Positions 40,113 through 56,944 of a stretch of 64,000 bases of DNA are shown here, piece by piece. The number at the start of each line of letters is the position of its first letter. The stretch's first letter is position 1. The position numbers and the translations under genes are program-made. The DNA is from the human T2T-CHM13v2.0 reference genome, Homo sapiens, in the NCBI RefSeq assembly GCF_009914755.1, contig NC_060944.1; one strand, written 5' to 3'. The notes below the pieces were generated by a model, which was not told the DNA's origin, ran no database searches, and saw only the letters and a program-made list of their open reading frames with translations.

Positions 40113-41821
40113 TGATCTTCCTGCCTCAGCCTCCCAAAGTGCTGGGATTACAGGTGTGAGCCACCATGCCCAGCCTGCGTCATGATTTTCTATTGTTGGT
40201 CTTATTTAGAGTGTGGCATCTCACTCCATGCCCCATCCCTTGAGCTGTGCCTCTAGTCTTCTGTTCCAGAACTTCCGTGGTTCAGTTTAATCAGAATATA
40301 AATCTGTTTTCCTCTGGAGTGGGAGAAGGGTGTATTGCCTTACTGTTTAGGGACAGGAAGGAGACCTGAGGGGGTCTGACTGTTTTATTCAGAGTTTGAA
40401 ACAGTTCTCCTGTTCTCAGCCCCTGCCTCTCAACTCTTGTCTGCAGTGGTTCCTGGTGCCTCCCACTTCCCTGCGTGCTCCGGGCTTTTGAAGCACTGGC
40501 TTGCTTTTTGTGGCTTTTCCCTCTGCAGCCATAAACTTCAACTTTCCTTCTTTGCTGAGTCAGTTACTTCTTACCTTCCTGCTCAACCTGGTCTTTCAGA
40601 TTTCTGTTGACATCCCTCATCTACTGCCTTTTTCCTTCCCCTTACTCTTTGTCTTTATGCATGTACACTTTTACTGTTCCCTTATAGTCATTCTAGTGAA
40701 CCCTCAGGAAGATGCAAAGAAGTATATGTTCATTTTGCCATGTTTATCCACAACCCCCAAATACCATTAAACAAAAGAAAAGAAAAAATATTTAAAAAAG
40801 AAAACAAAAACAAAAACAAAACAAACCCTTAATAAATGGAGAGCAGCTATGCCATGTTGTTGATTAAGAAGATTCTATATCGTAAAGATGTCAGTTCTTC
40901 CCAATTTGATTTGTAGATTCAATGCAGTACACTACAAATTTTGAAAATTGAGATATAATAGTTATATGTATTTTGGGGGTACAGGTGATATTTTGATACC
41001 TGTATGCAATACATAGACATTTTTCTTTGTGTTGGGAACATTAAAATTCTTCTTTTCTAGTTATTTTGAAATATATAGTAAATTATTGTTTACTATAATT
41101 TTCCTATTCTACTATTGAATATTAGAACTTACTCCTTCTATTTAACTGTAATTTTATACCCCTTAACCAACTTCTATTTTGCCATGTTTAAATATGGAAG
41201 CTCAAGCGTTTGTACAGAGAAAGTGGAAAATGCCCTTGGCTTTTATGCCAAACCCCAATCCCTCTGTCCCCACCTGCCACCCTGGCCTGTTGCCCCTGTT
41301 CTTCCCAGTAGCTACAACCACTATCATTAATTTAACGTGCATCCTCCTATTCATATGGAGGTATGTGGTATGTTTGTTTATATAAGTGTATTTTATTTTC
41401 TTTAATGTTTAATAGTGTACCATATCAATATAGCTACATTTTATTTATCCAGTCCCCTGCTATGAATATGTGCGTTTTTCACTGTTTTCTAATCCCTGTT
41501 ATAAACACTGCAGCAACACTTATCCTTAATCTCCATGTACAAACGTGTGAGAATTTCTCTAAGGGACTATTCCCTTACCTTTTCATATTGTATGCTTGGG
41601 TAAAATGGAAGTGACTTGGAGGCTCTTTCTGTGGGGGTTAGTGAAAAGATTTCATTACATTTTCTTTGCATTTTGTAATTATGATGAGAAAAATATAAAA
41701 CTTATAAATCTTTTTTAAAAGTTTTGAGAAACATGCTTTGTTACGATCATGACATCAAGTTTTATGCTTAAAAAGTCTGTAATTCCTTGTGTTTAATGAT
41801 GAACTCTTCAAATTCCTGATA

Positions 41822-42152
41822 CAGATCTATAGTCCCTTATTAACAATTCTGAAATCCAAAATATTATGAGAACTGAATTTTTTTCCCCTTGACTGATTTA
41901 GTAGTAAAACCTGACCTGTGTAAACTCATTTTGTGTCAAAACTCTGATGTAGATTGACAGGTCTAGGTTAGCTTATTTGTTTCACTTGGTCTTTGTCTAC
42001 ATTTTATTTTTTTAAAAATTAATGTGTTTGATTATGGGTTGCTGGTGGTGCTGATACACAATATATGCATATATTAACATTCTAAAATTCAAGAAATTCT
42101 AAATAAAAACACATCTAGACCCAAAGATTTCAGGTAAGGGATTGTGGACCTG
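41822..42152. mobile_element. MER46C-like Tigger MITE
   Basis: Degenerate TIRs CAGATCTATAGTCCCTTA...TAAGGGATTGTGGACCTG. Confidence 0.6.
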
Positions 42153-42848
42153 TGGTCACCATTAGCTAGAAAGTTTCAGCTGTGAGTGGCAACTTACAAG
42201 AATTTCTTTCTGGTTGATAGAAACTCCTTTCTTATTATTAGTAAGAACTCAGACAATTTCTTTACGTTATATTCCAAGAGTGTGTTCATTTTTTAAATAA
42301 CAGCTCTTCCTTTTCTTTCGTTGACATCTATAATATTGAAATTGCTTTTGATAATGCAAATGGATTTCACATTCAAGAGAACCTTTTTATGTTAAGTATT
42401 TTGTTTAAATGGAGAAGCCTTTTCTCAAGCATGTATGGAGATTGCTTTCCTTGTTTTAATTCTTCTTTAGGATTTTCATGAGAAAATTAAAACATCATTA
42501 ATGGACCATTTTAGCCACAGTTTTCCAAAGTTGCATTTTGACTTTGGATCTTTAAACTTTCTGTATACTTTAATAGGTATGTGTAGGTTTAAAAAAAATT
42601 TTTTTTTTTTGATCAGAATCTTTTGTTTTAGGCCAGGTGTGGTGGCTCACACCTGTAGTCCTAGCACTTGAGGCTGAGGAGGGTGGATTGCTTGCGCTCA
42701 GGAGTTCAAGAGCAGCCTGGGCAATATGGCAAGAACCCCATCTCTACAAAAAATAAAAAAGTTGGCCGGGCGCGGTGACTCATGTCAGTAATCCCAGCAC
42801 TTTGGGAGGCTGAGGCAGGCGAATCACGAGGTCAGGAGTTCGAGACTA

Positions 42849-43115
<267 letters not shown>

Positions 43116-43598
43116 CTAGTTCCAGCTACTTGAGAGGCTGAGGTGGGAAGATCACTTAAGCCTGGGAGGTCAAGGCTGCAAATGAGCTGTGATAGCACCG
43201 TGGCACTTTAGCCTGGGCCCGCACAGTGAGACCCTGTCTCAAAAAACAAAAACAAAAAATACGTTTTAGAACTATCAGTTAAATTTTGTAAGCCATTGTT
43301 TACCTACTTTAATTGGGATTTAATTCATAGACCATACAGTTCACCAATTTAAAGTATACAATTCAGTGGCTTCTAGTATATTCATGAAGTTATGCAACCA
43401 TCACCATGGTCTGATTGCATAATATTTCCATCACCCCAAAAGGAAACCCCAGTAGGTCATTCCTATTCTCACCTCCTCCTAGTCCCTAGCATCACCAGTC
43501 TACTCATTTAATTACTAAAACTTTCTAAAAAGCAACTCCTCTCATCTTGTTCTTCAAGAGTATCTTGGCTCTTTGTGACCCTGTGCTTTTCCATGTAA

Positions 43599-43922
<324 letters not shown>

Positions 43923-44036
43923 TGATCTGCCCGCCTTAGCCTCTCAAAGTGCTGGGATTACAGGCTTGAGCCACCATGCCCAGCCAAATTGACATCTTTA
44001 TGATATAAAATCTTCTTAATCAAGAACATGGTATAG

Positions 44037-44189
<153 letters not shown>

Positions 44190-44456
44190 TGAGACTACAG
44201 GTGCGCGTCACCATGTGCAGCTAATTTTTGAATTTTTTTGTAGAGCGGGGGTCTCCTTACGTTGCTCATGTTGGTCTTGAACTCTTGGGCTCAAGTGATC
44301 CTCCTTCCTCAGCTTCCCAAAGTGCTGGGATTACAAGTGTAGCCAACATGCCTGGCCTTACCAAGGTTTTAAGCCTTTCTTGATAAAGTTTTATGTTTTC
44401 TTCATAAAATGATGATATTTCTTTTGTGGAATTTATCCCTGGGTAACTTACGTTCG

Positions 44457-44500
44457 TTTTTGTTATAAATTATATTTTTGTTATAAATTATATTTTTGTT
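44457..44500. repeat. 18-bp tandem repeat (TTTTTGTTATAAATTATA, about 2.4 copies)
   Basis: Direct reading. Confidence 0.9.
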
Positions 44501-45736
44501 TTCTTTTTTCTTCAACCCTGGCAAATGGATATATTTTCTTTTTTTTTTTTTTTGAGACGGAGTTTCGCTCTTGTTGCCCAGGCTGGAGTGCAGTGGCACC
44601 ATGTCAGCTCACTGCAACCTCCGTCTCCCATTCAGGCAATTCTCCTGCCTCAGCCTCCTGAGTGGCCGGGATTACAGGCGTGCGCTACCACGCCGGGCTA
44701 ATTTTTGTATTTTTACTAGAGTCAGGGTTTCACCATGTTGGCCAGGTTGGTCTTGAACTCCTGACCTCAGATGATCCACCCACCTCGGCCTCCCGAAATG
44801 CTGGCATTACAGGCATGAGCCCCCACACCCGGCTGATGGATAAATTTTCTAATTGATGATGTTAATTGGTGATGTTAGTATCACTTGATTTTTCCTTTTT
44901 TTTTTTTTTAATGTGATCTCAAATGTCACAATGTGGCCAAAATCTTTTACTAGGTCTGAGTCTCTTGGATCTTTAATGTAAATAATTATGCTATCTGGAA
45001 ATTATGACATGCTTTTCTAATCCCTTCTTGTTTCTATTATGCATTGAAAGGAATTCTAGTATACTGTTGAATGGTTGGTGTTTTCTTAGTTTTTCACAGC
45101 CTTCAAGTCAGCCTTCTCCTAAGAGATAGTACTTATTTTTTGCTCAGGAAAGATATAAGGAAAGGCATAACTGATATTTTGCTTTTTTTTTTACTTCAGA
45201 ATCTAATCTTGGGCAGTTTAAACTTTATCAATTTAAATGTTAGCTCTCCTTTGCTCAGATTTGCCACATTCGTAGTGTCTTGTATTTTTTAAAACATCTG
45301 ACCTGTGGGAGAACATTTTATTTTGGTTTACTTATTACAGATGGTTTATTTTTTTTCAACATTAGCTTCTTTTCTAGTTACCTTGCCAAACTAGTATACG
45401 TTATGCATTTTAGAAACACTTATTTGTATTAATAGATGAACGTGAGTAAAAAGTATACAGCAAGTCTTCTTTGTACTGTTTTACTCTTGCAAAAGTAGAA
45501 TGAAAAGCTTTTGCAGCTTTCCTGTAAAATTGAATTTCTTTCCATATAAAAATGTTCAAAATGTATTTGTAAAAGGAATACGTACTCATCATCAGTATTA
45601 AAAAGGTTCAGAATAAAGAATCCCTACAACTACAGTTTTTAAAAGACAACTCAAAAAAAAAATGGGTGAAAGACTTGAACAGATACTTAAAGAGGAAGAT
45701 ATGAATATGGCCAATAAGCACATTAAGAAGTGCTCA

Positions 45737-46119
45737 TGCAGCCATAAAAAAGAATGAGTTCATGCCCTTTGCAGGGACGTGGATGAAGCTGGAAACCATC
45801 ATCCTCAGCAAACTAACACAGGAACAGAAAACCAAACACCCCATGTTCTCACTCATAAATGGGAGTGAACAGTGAGAACCCATGGACACAGGGAGGGAAA
45901 CATCACACACCGGGGCCTGTTGGGGGGTGGGGGGAAAGGGGAGGGAGAGCATTAGGAAAAATACCTAATGCATGCGGGGCTTAAAACCTAGATGATGGGT
46001 TAATAGGTGCAGCAAACCACCATGGCACATGTATGCTTATGTAACAAACCTGCACATTCTGCACATGTATCCCAGAACTTAAAGTAAAATTAAAAAAAAA
46101 AAAAACTTCAAAAAAAAAA
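45737..46119 (+). mobile_element. 5'-truncated L1PA (about PA7-8) 3' end nested in an older L1
   Basis: GAATGAGTTCATG...GGATGAAGCTGGAAACCATCAT...AAACCTGCAC...AGAACTTAAAGTA plus poly-A; TSD AAGTGCTCA at 45728-45736 and 46120-46128. Confidence 0.88.
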
Positions 46120-46686
46120 AAGTGCTCAACATCTTTAGACATTAGGCAAATTAAAATGAAAATCATTGAAATCTAGCACTCTGAATTAAAATTAAAACCA
46201 CAATGAGGTACCATTATACTCCCACTAGAATGGCTAAAATAAAACTGCCAGCTTCAAATAATGGTGAGGATTTGGATCAACTGGAACTCTCCTCAAGTGC
46301 TGTTGGGAGTATAATTTTTTTTTTAATAAAGTTAGCTTTCATCTGTCTTATGACTCGGCATTTCTACTCCTAGATAGTTATTCAGGAGAAATGAAAACGT
46401 CTCCAAAAATTTACAAGAATGTTCATAATAGCTTTATTCATAATAGCTAGAACCTGGAAATAACCCAAATGTCCATCAAGAGAGAATATACAAATGGTTG
46501 TATATGAGAATATTAGTCTGTAATAACAAATAATGAACTACTGATGCATGCAACAATGTAGATGAATAGCATAAACAGGCTGAGTGAAAGAAGCCAGATA
46601 CAAAAGAATATATATGTATGAGTCCATTTACATGAAGACCAAGAACAGGCAAAAGTACGTTATGGAGATAGAAGTCAGAACAATGA

Positions 46687-47033
<347 letters not shown>

Positions 47034-47459
47034 GAGAGGGGTGGTTTCAAATGGGGGTTGATTAGGAAGGGGCACAAGGAAACTTTTGGGGGTGTTGGAA
47101 ATGTTCTATATCTTGATATGCATTTGTTAGAACTCATTAAATGGTACACCTAAGATCTGTGCATATCACTGTGTTTAAATTAAACTTTAATTTAAAAAAA
47201 TAGGGGAAGGATAGGAGGAGGTATACATTGATCCAAGGGCATTCTCCTACGTAAGCACAATACAGTTATCACACTCAGAAAATTTAACATTAATGCAGCA
47301 TTACCATCTAGTATGCAGTTCACATTCAAATATCCCAGTGTCTTGAAATTTGCTGAGAGTAGATCTTAATTGTCTTCACACTCCCCATCTCACACTCTCC
47401 CTCTCATGGTAACTGTGTGGTGAAGGATTGGTTAATTTTTTTTTTTTTTTTTTTTTTAA

Positions 47460-47675
<216 letters not shown>

Positions 47676-48077
47676 TGATCCACCCGCCTTGGCCTCCCAA
47701 AGTGCTGGGATTGCAGGCATGAGCCACCGTGCCCGGCCTATAGAATTTTTTATATGTAGGATTTAGTGAAAGATCACCCATTATTAATTTTTTTAAAAGC
47801 TTCATGATGAAAATTATTCTTGTAAAATGTTAAAATCTTGAATCCTAGGGCATGTTTTCTGGCACCTGTTATTTTCAGTAACCCATTTCGTTTTTGTCAG
47901 ACATATAGGGTTAATGTATGAAAAGTCAATTATGTCAAACTTATAGAGTTTATATGGAAAGATTAATGATCTTTTACAAATGCAGAATTGGCTGGATGTG
48001 GCTAATTGTAGAATTGGCCTGTAACCTAGCACTTAGGGAGGCTGAGGTGGGAGGATCGCTTGAGTCCAGGAGTTTGA

Positions 48078-48275
<198 letters not shown>

Positions 48276-48281
48276 TAGTAG

Positions 48282-48569
<288 letters not shown>

Positions 48570-49113
48570 TAATTTTTGTATTTAAGTAGAGTCAGGGTTT
48601 CATTATGTTGGTCAGGCTGGTCTCGAACTCTGGACCTCAAGTGATCTGCCTGGCTTGGCCTCCCAAAATGCTGGAATTACAGGCTTGAGCCACTGCACCT
48701 GGCCAAGCCCAGGACTTTGAGACCAGCCTGGGCAACAGACCAAGACCCTGTCTGTACAATAAAAATTATGCAGTATTAGAATAGCAAATCTTACTCTTAA
48801 AAGTTTTGTTTTCCTTGTCTTTTTACTGAAAATGCATGGCTTTAGAAACTTCTGGGTAGTTTGAATTGCAGACAACCAGGCCCTATTCCTGTTTGTTTAA
48901 CTAATGAGATTTGTAAACAGTACTTGGTTTCCCCAGACTCTAGGACCTAGAGGAAGGAAATTTTGATTTAGCTCTTGGTAAAGCATTTAGCACCTAATTT
49001 TTCTTTTTCATTGTTATTTTCTTGATCACAGAAAACAATACATGTTAATAGTAGAAAATACCCACAATTGAAAAGAATATAAAGCACTTACTAAAACTCT
49101 ACCACCTAGGCTA

Positions 49114-49480
<367 letters not shown>

Positions 49481-51318
49481 TCAAATTTTCATTTTTTAAA
49501 AAAGATGATAGAATCATACTGTATGAATTTAATTGCCTAATTAAGCTTGTGTATCATCGTTTCTCTTGTCATTAAATGCTGTACAGCTTTCTTTTAAATG
49601 GCTATCTGTGGTAGTGTTCCTTGAAGGAAATACCTTAAAATTTTTTGTTTTTAAACTTTTATAATTGTGGGAATGTAATACAGTGAATGCATAGGACACA
49701 AATGTTCAGCTTAAGGAATTATTATAAAGTGAACACCCTGTAACTGCCACTTAGATCACGACATCAAATATGGCCAGCAGCCAGGCGCACCTCCCCTACC
49801 CCCCACTGCCCCTTCCCAGTCACAGCCCCATTCTTCCAGCTGAAGGTAACTTCTGTCTTGACTTTATGAAAGTTATTTTCTTGCTTTCCTTTAGATTACC
49901 TACCCGTCTTTGCATTCCTAATGCTGTAGTTTAGTTGAGCTTATTTTGAACTTTTCACAAACGGAATCATCAACTATGCATTATTTTGTATCTGGCTTTC
50001 ATTCACTATTTTGTTTTTAATATTCATCTATGTCGTTAGTAGCTATAGTTCATTCATTTTTTGTTGCTGTATAATCATCCATTTATTGAATGTACTACAA
50101 TTTGATTCTGCCTTTGGCAGCCACTTTGATTGTTTATAATCCAGATTTCAAATGCTGCATCATGAACATGTGGGTTGTGATTTGTGTAGATGTGCATGTA
50201 CTTCTCTAAGGAATCCAAGCCTAGGAGGGACGTTGCTGGGTCAGAGGATGTTTGTATCTTCAACTGTACCAGATAAGGCCAAATTGTATTCTCAAATGCT
50301 TGGATCTGTTTTCAGTGTACTTGTTCTACTCCTAATTAACACTACTTGATATTGTCAAACTTTAATTGTAGCCATTCTGATGGATGTGGTAGTATCTCAT
50401 TGCGGTTTTAATTTGCATTATTTTGCATTTTCCTTATTGTTAGTGAGATTAAATACCCTTTTATATGTTTTGGCTACTTCAGTATCCTCTTGTGCAGTGC
50501 CTAATTCACATCTTTTATTTTTCTTCTGAGTTGCCTTTTGCCCATTGATTTATATTTGTTCCCCCTCTCTCCCCGCCCCCAAGAAGGAGTCTGGCTCTGT
50601 CACCCAGGCTGGAGTACAGTGGCACAATCTTGGCTCACTAACCTCTGCCTCCTTCGTTCAAGTGATTCTCCTGCCTCAGCCTCCCAAGTAGCTGGGACTG
50701 CAGGTGTGCGCCACCACGCCCAGCTAATTTTTGTATTTTTAGTAGAGACAGGGTTTCACCATGTTGACCAGGCTTGTCTTGAACCCCTGACCTCAAGTGA
50801 TCCATCCGCCTTGGCCTCCCAAAGTACTGGGATTACAGGTGCAAGCCACCATGCCCGGCCTGATTTATAAATGTAGTCTAAATACAAGTTCTTTATTGGT
50901 TATGTAAGTTGCAGATATCTTTTTCAGCTCTGTAGGTAATAATGTTTTTTGATGAATAGGAGGTCTTAATTTTAATGTAGTTTAATTGATTTGTTTTCTC
51001 CTTTGTAAGAATCAATATTTTTCATGTCTTGTGTAAATCTCGTATTGGGATAAAAGATACATATATATTTTTTAGGTTTTGGCTAATAGTTTTCCGTTGG
51101 CAGCATGTGAACCTTTTTATGCCATTTTTACTTTCATCAAGGGTGTATGTATGATTTTCTCATACTCTTGTCAGAACTGGAGATTTGGGGTAACTTTGCC
51201 AGTGTAATAGACTTTCTTAATTCATTAAGGAGTATTTTATCTTAGTTTGCCCATGAGAGAAGAGAGATTAAATTTGTTTTATTATACCAAGAACATGGCA
51301 GTCAATAAGCATAACTAA

Positions 51319-51654
<336 letters not shown>

Positions 51655-52399
51655 TGATCCACCTGCCTCAGCCTCCCAAAGTGCTGGGATTACAGGTGTG
51701 AGTGAGCCACTGCACCTGGCCTCTTTTTTATTAATTTAAGATACATGATTTTGGCTAAAACTAATGAAAATAAATTGATGAAACTTCAATGTAGTGGATC
51801 AAGAGACTCATGAAATTGATGAGTTAGATTGTTGTGGGCACCTGTTTTAAATTTATGGTGCCTTTTTAGCAGAATCATGACTTTATCAACTCTTTTTCAC
51901 ATACTTTTATTCAAAGAAGACATTCTCCTCCTCTGCCCCAACTTATCTTCTTCTTGTCTCCAACTGCCAGTATTCTCATCCACACTCTTTGTAGTTTTGA
52001 GGTGTGAGATAACTCCCAAGTTCTTCTTGGGAATGGGTAGAGTTTAATTCTGAGTCTACATGTCGTGAGTCTATTGGAAGAAGCTTTTCTTAGGAGGTGA
52101 AATTTGGGATGGAGTTCTCCTCTACACTCTAGCCCTGTAGCCACAATCTTTGGTTTAGATCTTTGGCATTTTTTGTTGGACATCTTTCATAGTGTCTACC
52201 TCTTCTTCCTGCCTCTAGGCTTCCCGCGGTTGCCAGATGAAATTCCGAAAACTCAAATCATTCCTGTAGTTAATATTCTTCAGTGACTCCGGAACAATCA
52301 AATTCTTGATCCCTCCACATGGGTCTTACCATCTGCCCTCGTGCCCTCTCTAGCTTCCTGCATATTGAGTTCCCCACAGCCCTAGTTTCCCTGAGTTTG

Positions 52400-52792
52400 G
52401 AATATTCTTTCACATTTGCTCATCCCACTATCTAGAAACTTCCTACAATCTCTCTACTGCCAACCTGTCTGTCTAGTTGCTAATTTATTTTAAAACCCAG
52501 CTTAAGCAACACATCCTTTTGGATGTGTTACTTCCCTGATCGTTATTCACCTCCATGCCGTCTTTCGCTCAACTCATTGAAGTTAGGTGCCCCTCTTCTG
52601 GGCTGCCACGGCTCTCCATGTTCACCTATGTACTGTACTTTGTATTGTAATCAGTTTAATTGACCCCCCTACTTATTTGAGCTCCTTGAGAGCAGGGCCC
52701 TGATTCCTGCTCCTTAGCACTCCACCCTCCCCAGAACTAACATGGTATAGCTTATAGGAGGCACCCTATAAATGTTTAATGAATGTTTGAAT
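52400..52792. mobile_element. L2 3'-end fragment
   Basis: TGAGCTCCTTGAGAGCAGGG...TAGGAGGCACCCTATAAATGTTTAATGAATG terminal motif; similar L2 ends near 5800-6040 and 10600-11095. Confidence 0.6.
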
Positions 52793-52987
52793 GCAAAAGT
52801 GTATCTAACTTTCTTAATGATATATTTATGAAAAGAACTTGCTGAGAAAAAGGTCAGTTAGAAAGGGTTAGGAACTTGTCAGTATTCTAAATCCCTCTTT
52901 TTCAAAAGCATACACATTTAGGAATGACTGCCTTGCTTTAAGAATTTGTAGGGTTTTGTTCACCTGAGTTGTACCTTGCTGTCACAG

Positions 52988-53108
52988 AAGGATGCCCTGC
53001 AGTGGTCTCGCCATCCAGCTACAGTGGAGGGAGAGGAGCCAGAGGACACGGCTGATGTGGAGAGCTGTGGGTCTAATGAAGCCAGCACTGTGAGTGGTGA
53101 AAACGATG
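52988..53108 (+). CDS. ASXL1: ASXL1 coding exon (exon 5; [10 protein letters not shown]...SGEND)
   Basis: Acceptor ...gtcacag|AAG and donor G|gtaagg; 121 nt; translation matches recalled ASXL1 aa 85-124. Confidence 0.95.
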
Positions 53109-53184
53109 GTAAGGACCCTTTAATGGATGGGTGAGGGAGCCACAGCAGGCACTAGGGACTAACCTTTATTTTCCTCTCTTCCAG

Positions 53185-53282
53185 TATCTCTTGATGAAAC
53201 ATCTTCGAACGCATCCTGTTCTACAGAATCTCAGAGTCGACCTCTTTCCAATCCCAGGGACAGCTACAGAGCTTCCTCACAG
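53185..53282 (+). CDS. ASXL1: ASXL1 coding exon (exon 6; VSLDETSS...RASSQ)
   Basis: Polypyrimidine tract and ccag| acceptor, CAG|gtaagg donor; 98 nt; phase continues across a 76-nt intron. Confidence 0.95.
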
Positions 53283-53496
53283 GTAAGGAAGAGGTAGAGC
53301 CTAGCCTGGGAGGATGAATGATGACAGGTATAAGGCAAGATCCCTCCTTCTCCTGTAGTGAGCTGTGAACGTGTTCAGAGAGTGAAGAATAGAAGTCTGG
53401 TCTCCAGCTGTTAGTAGCATTTAACAGGGGGCCGCAGGAAAAGTGAACAGTAGGTTTGAGCAGAGTAAGTTTTTTCTCTTTCTTTACCTTGGCTGA

Positions 53497-53814
<318 letters not shown>

Positions 53815-53899
53815 TAGCCTGATTCTGTTCATTCTTGTAATATACACGTGAACATTCAGGGAGAAGTGTGGTTAGTGCAGAGTAGAGAGAACAGGAGAT

Positions 53900-54050
53900 T
53901 GGGAGTGAGCAGTTTGAATGATAACCCTGCACTTACTAGCCTTGAGACTTGGGGAAAATTCCTTACCTGTAAAATGGGGATAACAGTACATTTTTGTAGC
54001 TTGGAATGATGCTTGGCACAGTGACCAGCACGTAGCTCAGTAACATTAAC
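53900..54050. mobile_element. MIR fragment
   Basis: CACTTACTAGC...CTGTAAAATGGGGATAA core. Confidence 0.6.
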
Positions 54051-54196
54051 CAGTGCTCTTGTCAGCATTATTTGACAGATCTGGTTGAAGACGAACTTCA
54101 TTTTACAAGAGCGTGAGTAGAGATAGTGTCGCCAGGGAATGCTTTTGTGGCTCTGCAGTTGACTTGGGCTCTCTTTTGTTCTCTCTTGGAACGCAG

Positions 54197-54290
54197 GCGA
54201 ACAAACAAAAGAAAAAGACTGGGGTGATGCTGCCTCGAGTTGTCCTGACTCCTCTGAAGGTAAACGGGGCCCACGTGGAATCTGCATCAG
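54197..54290 (+). CDS. ASXL1: ASXL1 coding exon (exon 7; [19 protein letters not shown]...), with a basic NLS-like cluster and a PxVxL HP1-type motif
   Basis: acgcag| acceptor, CAG|gtatgt donor; 94 nt; embedded in ORF 54113..54367. Confidence 0.95.
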
Positions 54291-54759
54291 GTATGTGTAA
54301 ACTCATGGTTGTGATGCTTTTTCCTCAGGTCCTGGGGACCTGGCCTCCCTCTGTCAGCAGTTTCTGACCTAATAGTGCGATACTAGGAGAGCTGTCGGGC
54401 CACAGGCAAGAGCCCTGCCAATGGATGAGGCCTGCCATAGGTTCTAGTGCTGGGCTCTGCTGTGTGCCTTCCTCTTTGTCTCCCAGGGCAGTCGTGAGGA
54501 TCCAACGGAGGATTTGATTATGCCAGTGCTTTGTAAAAGGTGTAGTGCTATACAAATAAAGATGGCAGTTTGGCACCTGTAAGGTGATATTTTAAAGCCA
54601 GACCATGAAGTGGTGGTTTCTCTCAGCCTAAGGCTGGGAGATGGAAGCATCCCAGTATTGCTGGCAGCATCTCAGGGAGAGCTGGGAGAAATGAGCTTGT
54701 CTGAGAGCCATGGGCGCGGCTTGGTGATACTTTTGACCAGTGGAATGCTGTGCCTTCAG

Positions 54760-54912
54760 GGTTCTCGGGCTGCCACGCCGATGGCGAGAGCGGCAGCCCG
54801 TCCAGCAGCAGCAGCGGCTCTCTGGCCCTGGGCAGCGCTGCTATTCGTGGCCAGGCCGAGGTCACCCAGGACCCTGCCCCGCTCCTGAGAGGCTTCCGGA
54901 AGCCAGCCACAG
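54760..54912 (+). CDS. ASXL1: ASXL1 coding exon (exon 8; Ser-rich [20 protein letters not shown]...)
   Basis: ttcag| acceptor, CAG|gtgagt donor; 153 nt; in ORF 54750..55079. Confidence 0.95.
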
Positions 54913-56151
54913 GTGAGTGGCGTGGCACTTATTTCTCTGCCTGTAAAGGGGGCCCCTGCAGGCCTAGTGAGAAGATGATGTCTTCTATTCCAATTCCTTT
55001 ACCAGTTTATTTTTACTTCTTGGGTGGCCCTCTATTTTTTGTTTATTTTTACTTTGTAATTTGCTTATTTCATTTGTAGCTCTCTGCTAAACTGTGAGAA
55101 CTCCTTTCAGGCAGAGATGATGCCATACTGTTTCTCGTATGTCCCTGTAGGCCTAGTCTATGCCTGCCTTGTACTGCATAGTAAGTGTTTGAGTGAGTGA
55201 AAACTGCTTCTGAGCTTCTCAGTGAAGAATTCCAACACCCCTTTTCTCTCTTCGGTAGCATGTTGCCACATTTGTTCCCAACATCTGTAGTCTGTATCAG
55301 ACGCTCCCTTTTTTACAACCTAGTCAGTATGTTGAGTGGAAGCATGTGTTGAATTTTGGGGATGCAAACAAATTCAGTAGTGCTATTATCTATACCTCCC
55401 ACCCCTCACCCCACCCCATCCCCATTAGGGTTATTTGCAATATTAGTATGCTCTTTGCTATTTCAGGATTTAATTCTTAATGACCCACATGCTGGTTTTT
55501 TTTGTAGATGAAACCATTAAGAAGACAAGCTTTTGCTTCTGAGAATTAGAGTAAACCTTTGCCCATGTGAGAACTAGGTTTGCTGTCTTGCTGCTTTTCC
55601 AGCTCATCAGCAGTGCTCAATCTAAGGTCTCACAGGTCTCTAGTCCTAGTGAGTTTTTCAGATAAAAGTAACATTTGCTGAGGCTTCTGTGAGAGGTATT
55701 AGCATCTCAGTTGGCTTTGAACAGTCCTTAGTACATTTCTGCATGGAGATCATCCCTCTCCAGCCCATTCACAGAAGGCTTCTGCAGATTTTTCTATAGT
55801 ATACTAACTAGATTTACTTTTAGATAATTCTCATGATTTCTCCAGTTGAGCTTTGTGGAGCCTGTTCTCCAGCTTTGGAGGGAAGCTCAGAACCTGCCCC
55901 TTGCCTGATTTTCTGTGGGAAGTGTCCTTTTCAGGCTGTGACACAGCACGGTACAGAGTTTTGTCTGAGGAGATGCAACCCCAAGTGTTCTCCTGGGTTT
56001 GATGGCAATGACAGTAACCTGGAAAGAATATACAGGTTAGGATGGACTGGACAATTGAGCAGATTGTGTGCAGATAACTTCTGGGTAGCTTGGGTGCTGT
56101 CACCAAAGTTTTCCCATCAGTTGGCATTTGTTTTTTCTTTTAAAAAGCTGA

Positions 56152-56543
<392 letters not shown>

Positions 56544-56944
56544 TAGACTTGGTCATCTCGGACGGCTTGCGACGCACCTGTCGTGTGGTGTTGCATGTCT
56601 CCTGGTATTTAAAACCCAAGCTCGCTCTTCTCAAAGGGTTATTTAGTATAAGACAGGCTTTCCTCATTACTAATAAATGTGGTGGGTATTAATATGCCAC
56701 ACAGCTCTGAAGAAATAACAGGGTGTTTAGGTTTAGACTTTCACTATATTGTATGTATGTACTCATTCATCATCTCCTTTCTATCATTAAAACTATAAAC
56801 ACCTATTCCAGTAATCATGGCATGGTCTGGAAGGGTGGAGGAAAGTACACTGTGGAGTTGAGAAGCTCCACCATGCTCTGTCTTTTTAGGCATTGTCACT
56901 TGGAGTGATTGTTAGCTTCTATTAATTTAATTTTGTGGGGAAAG

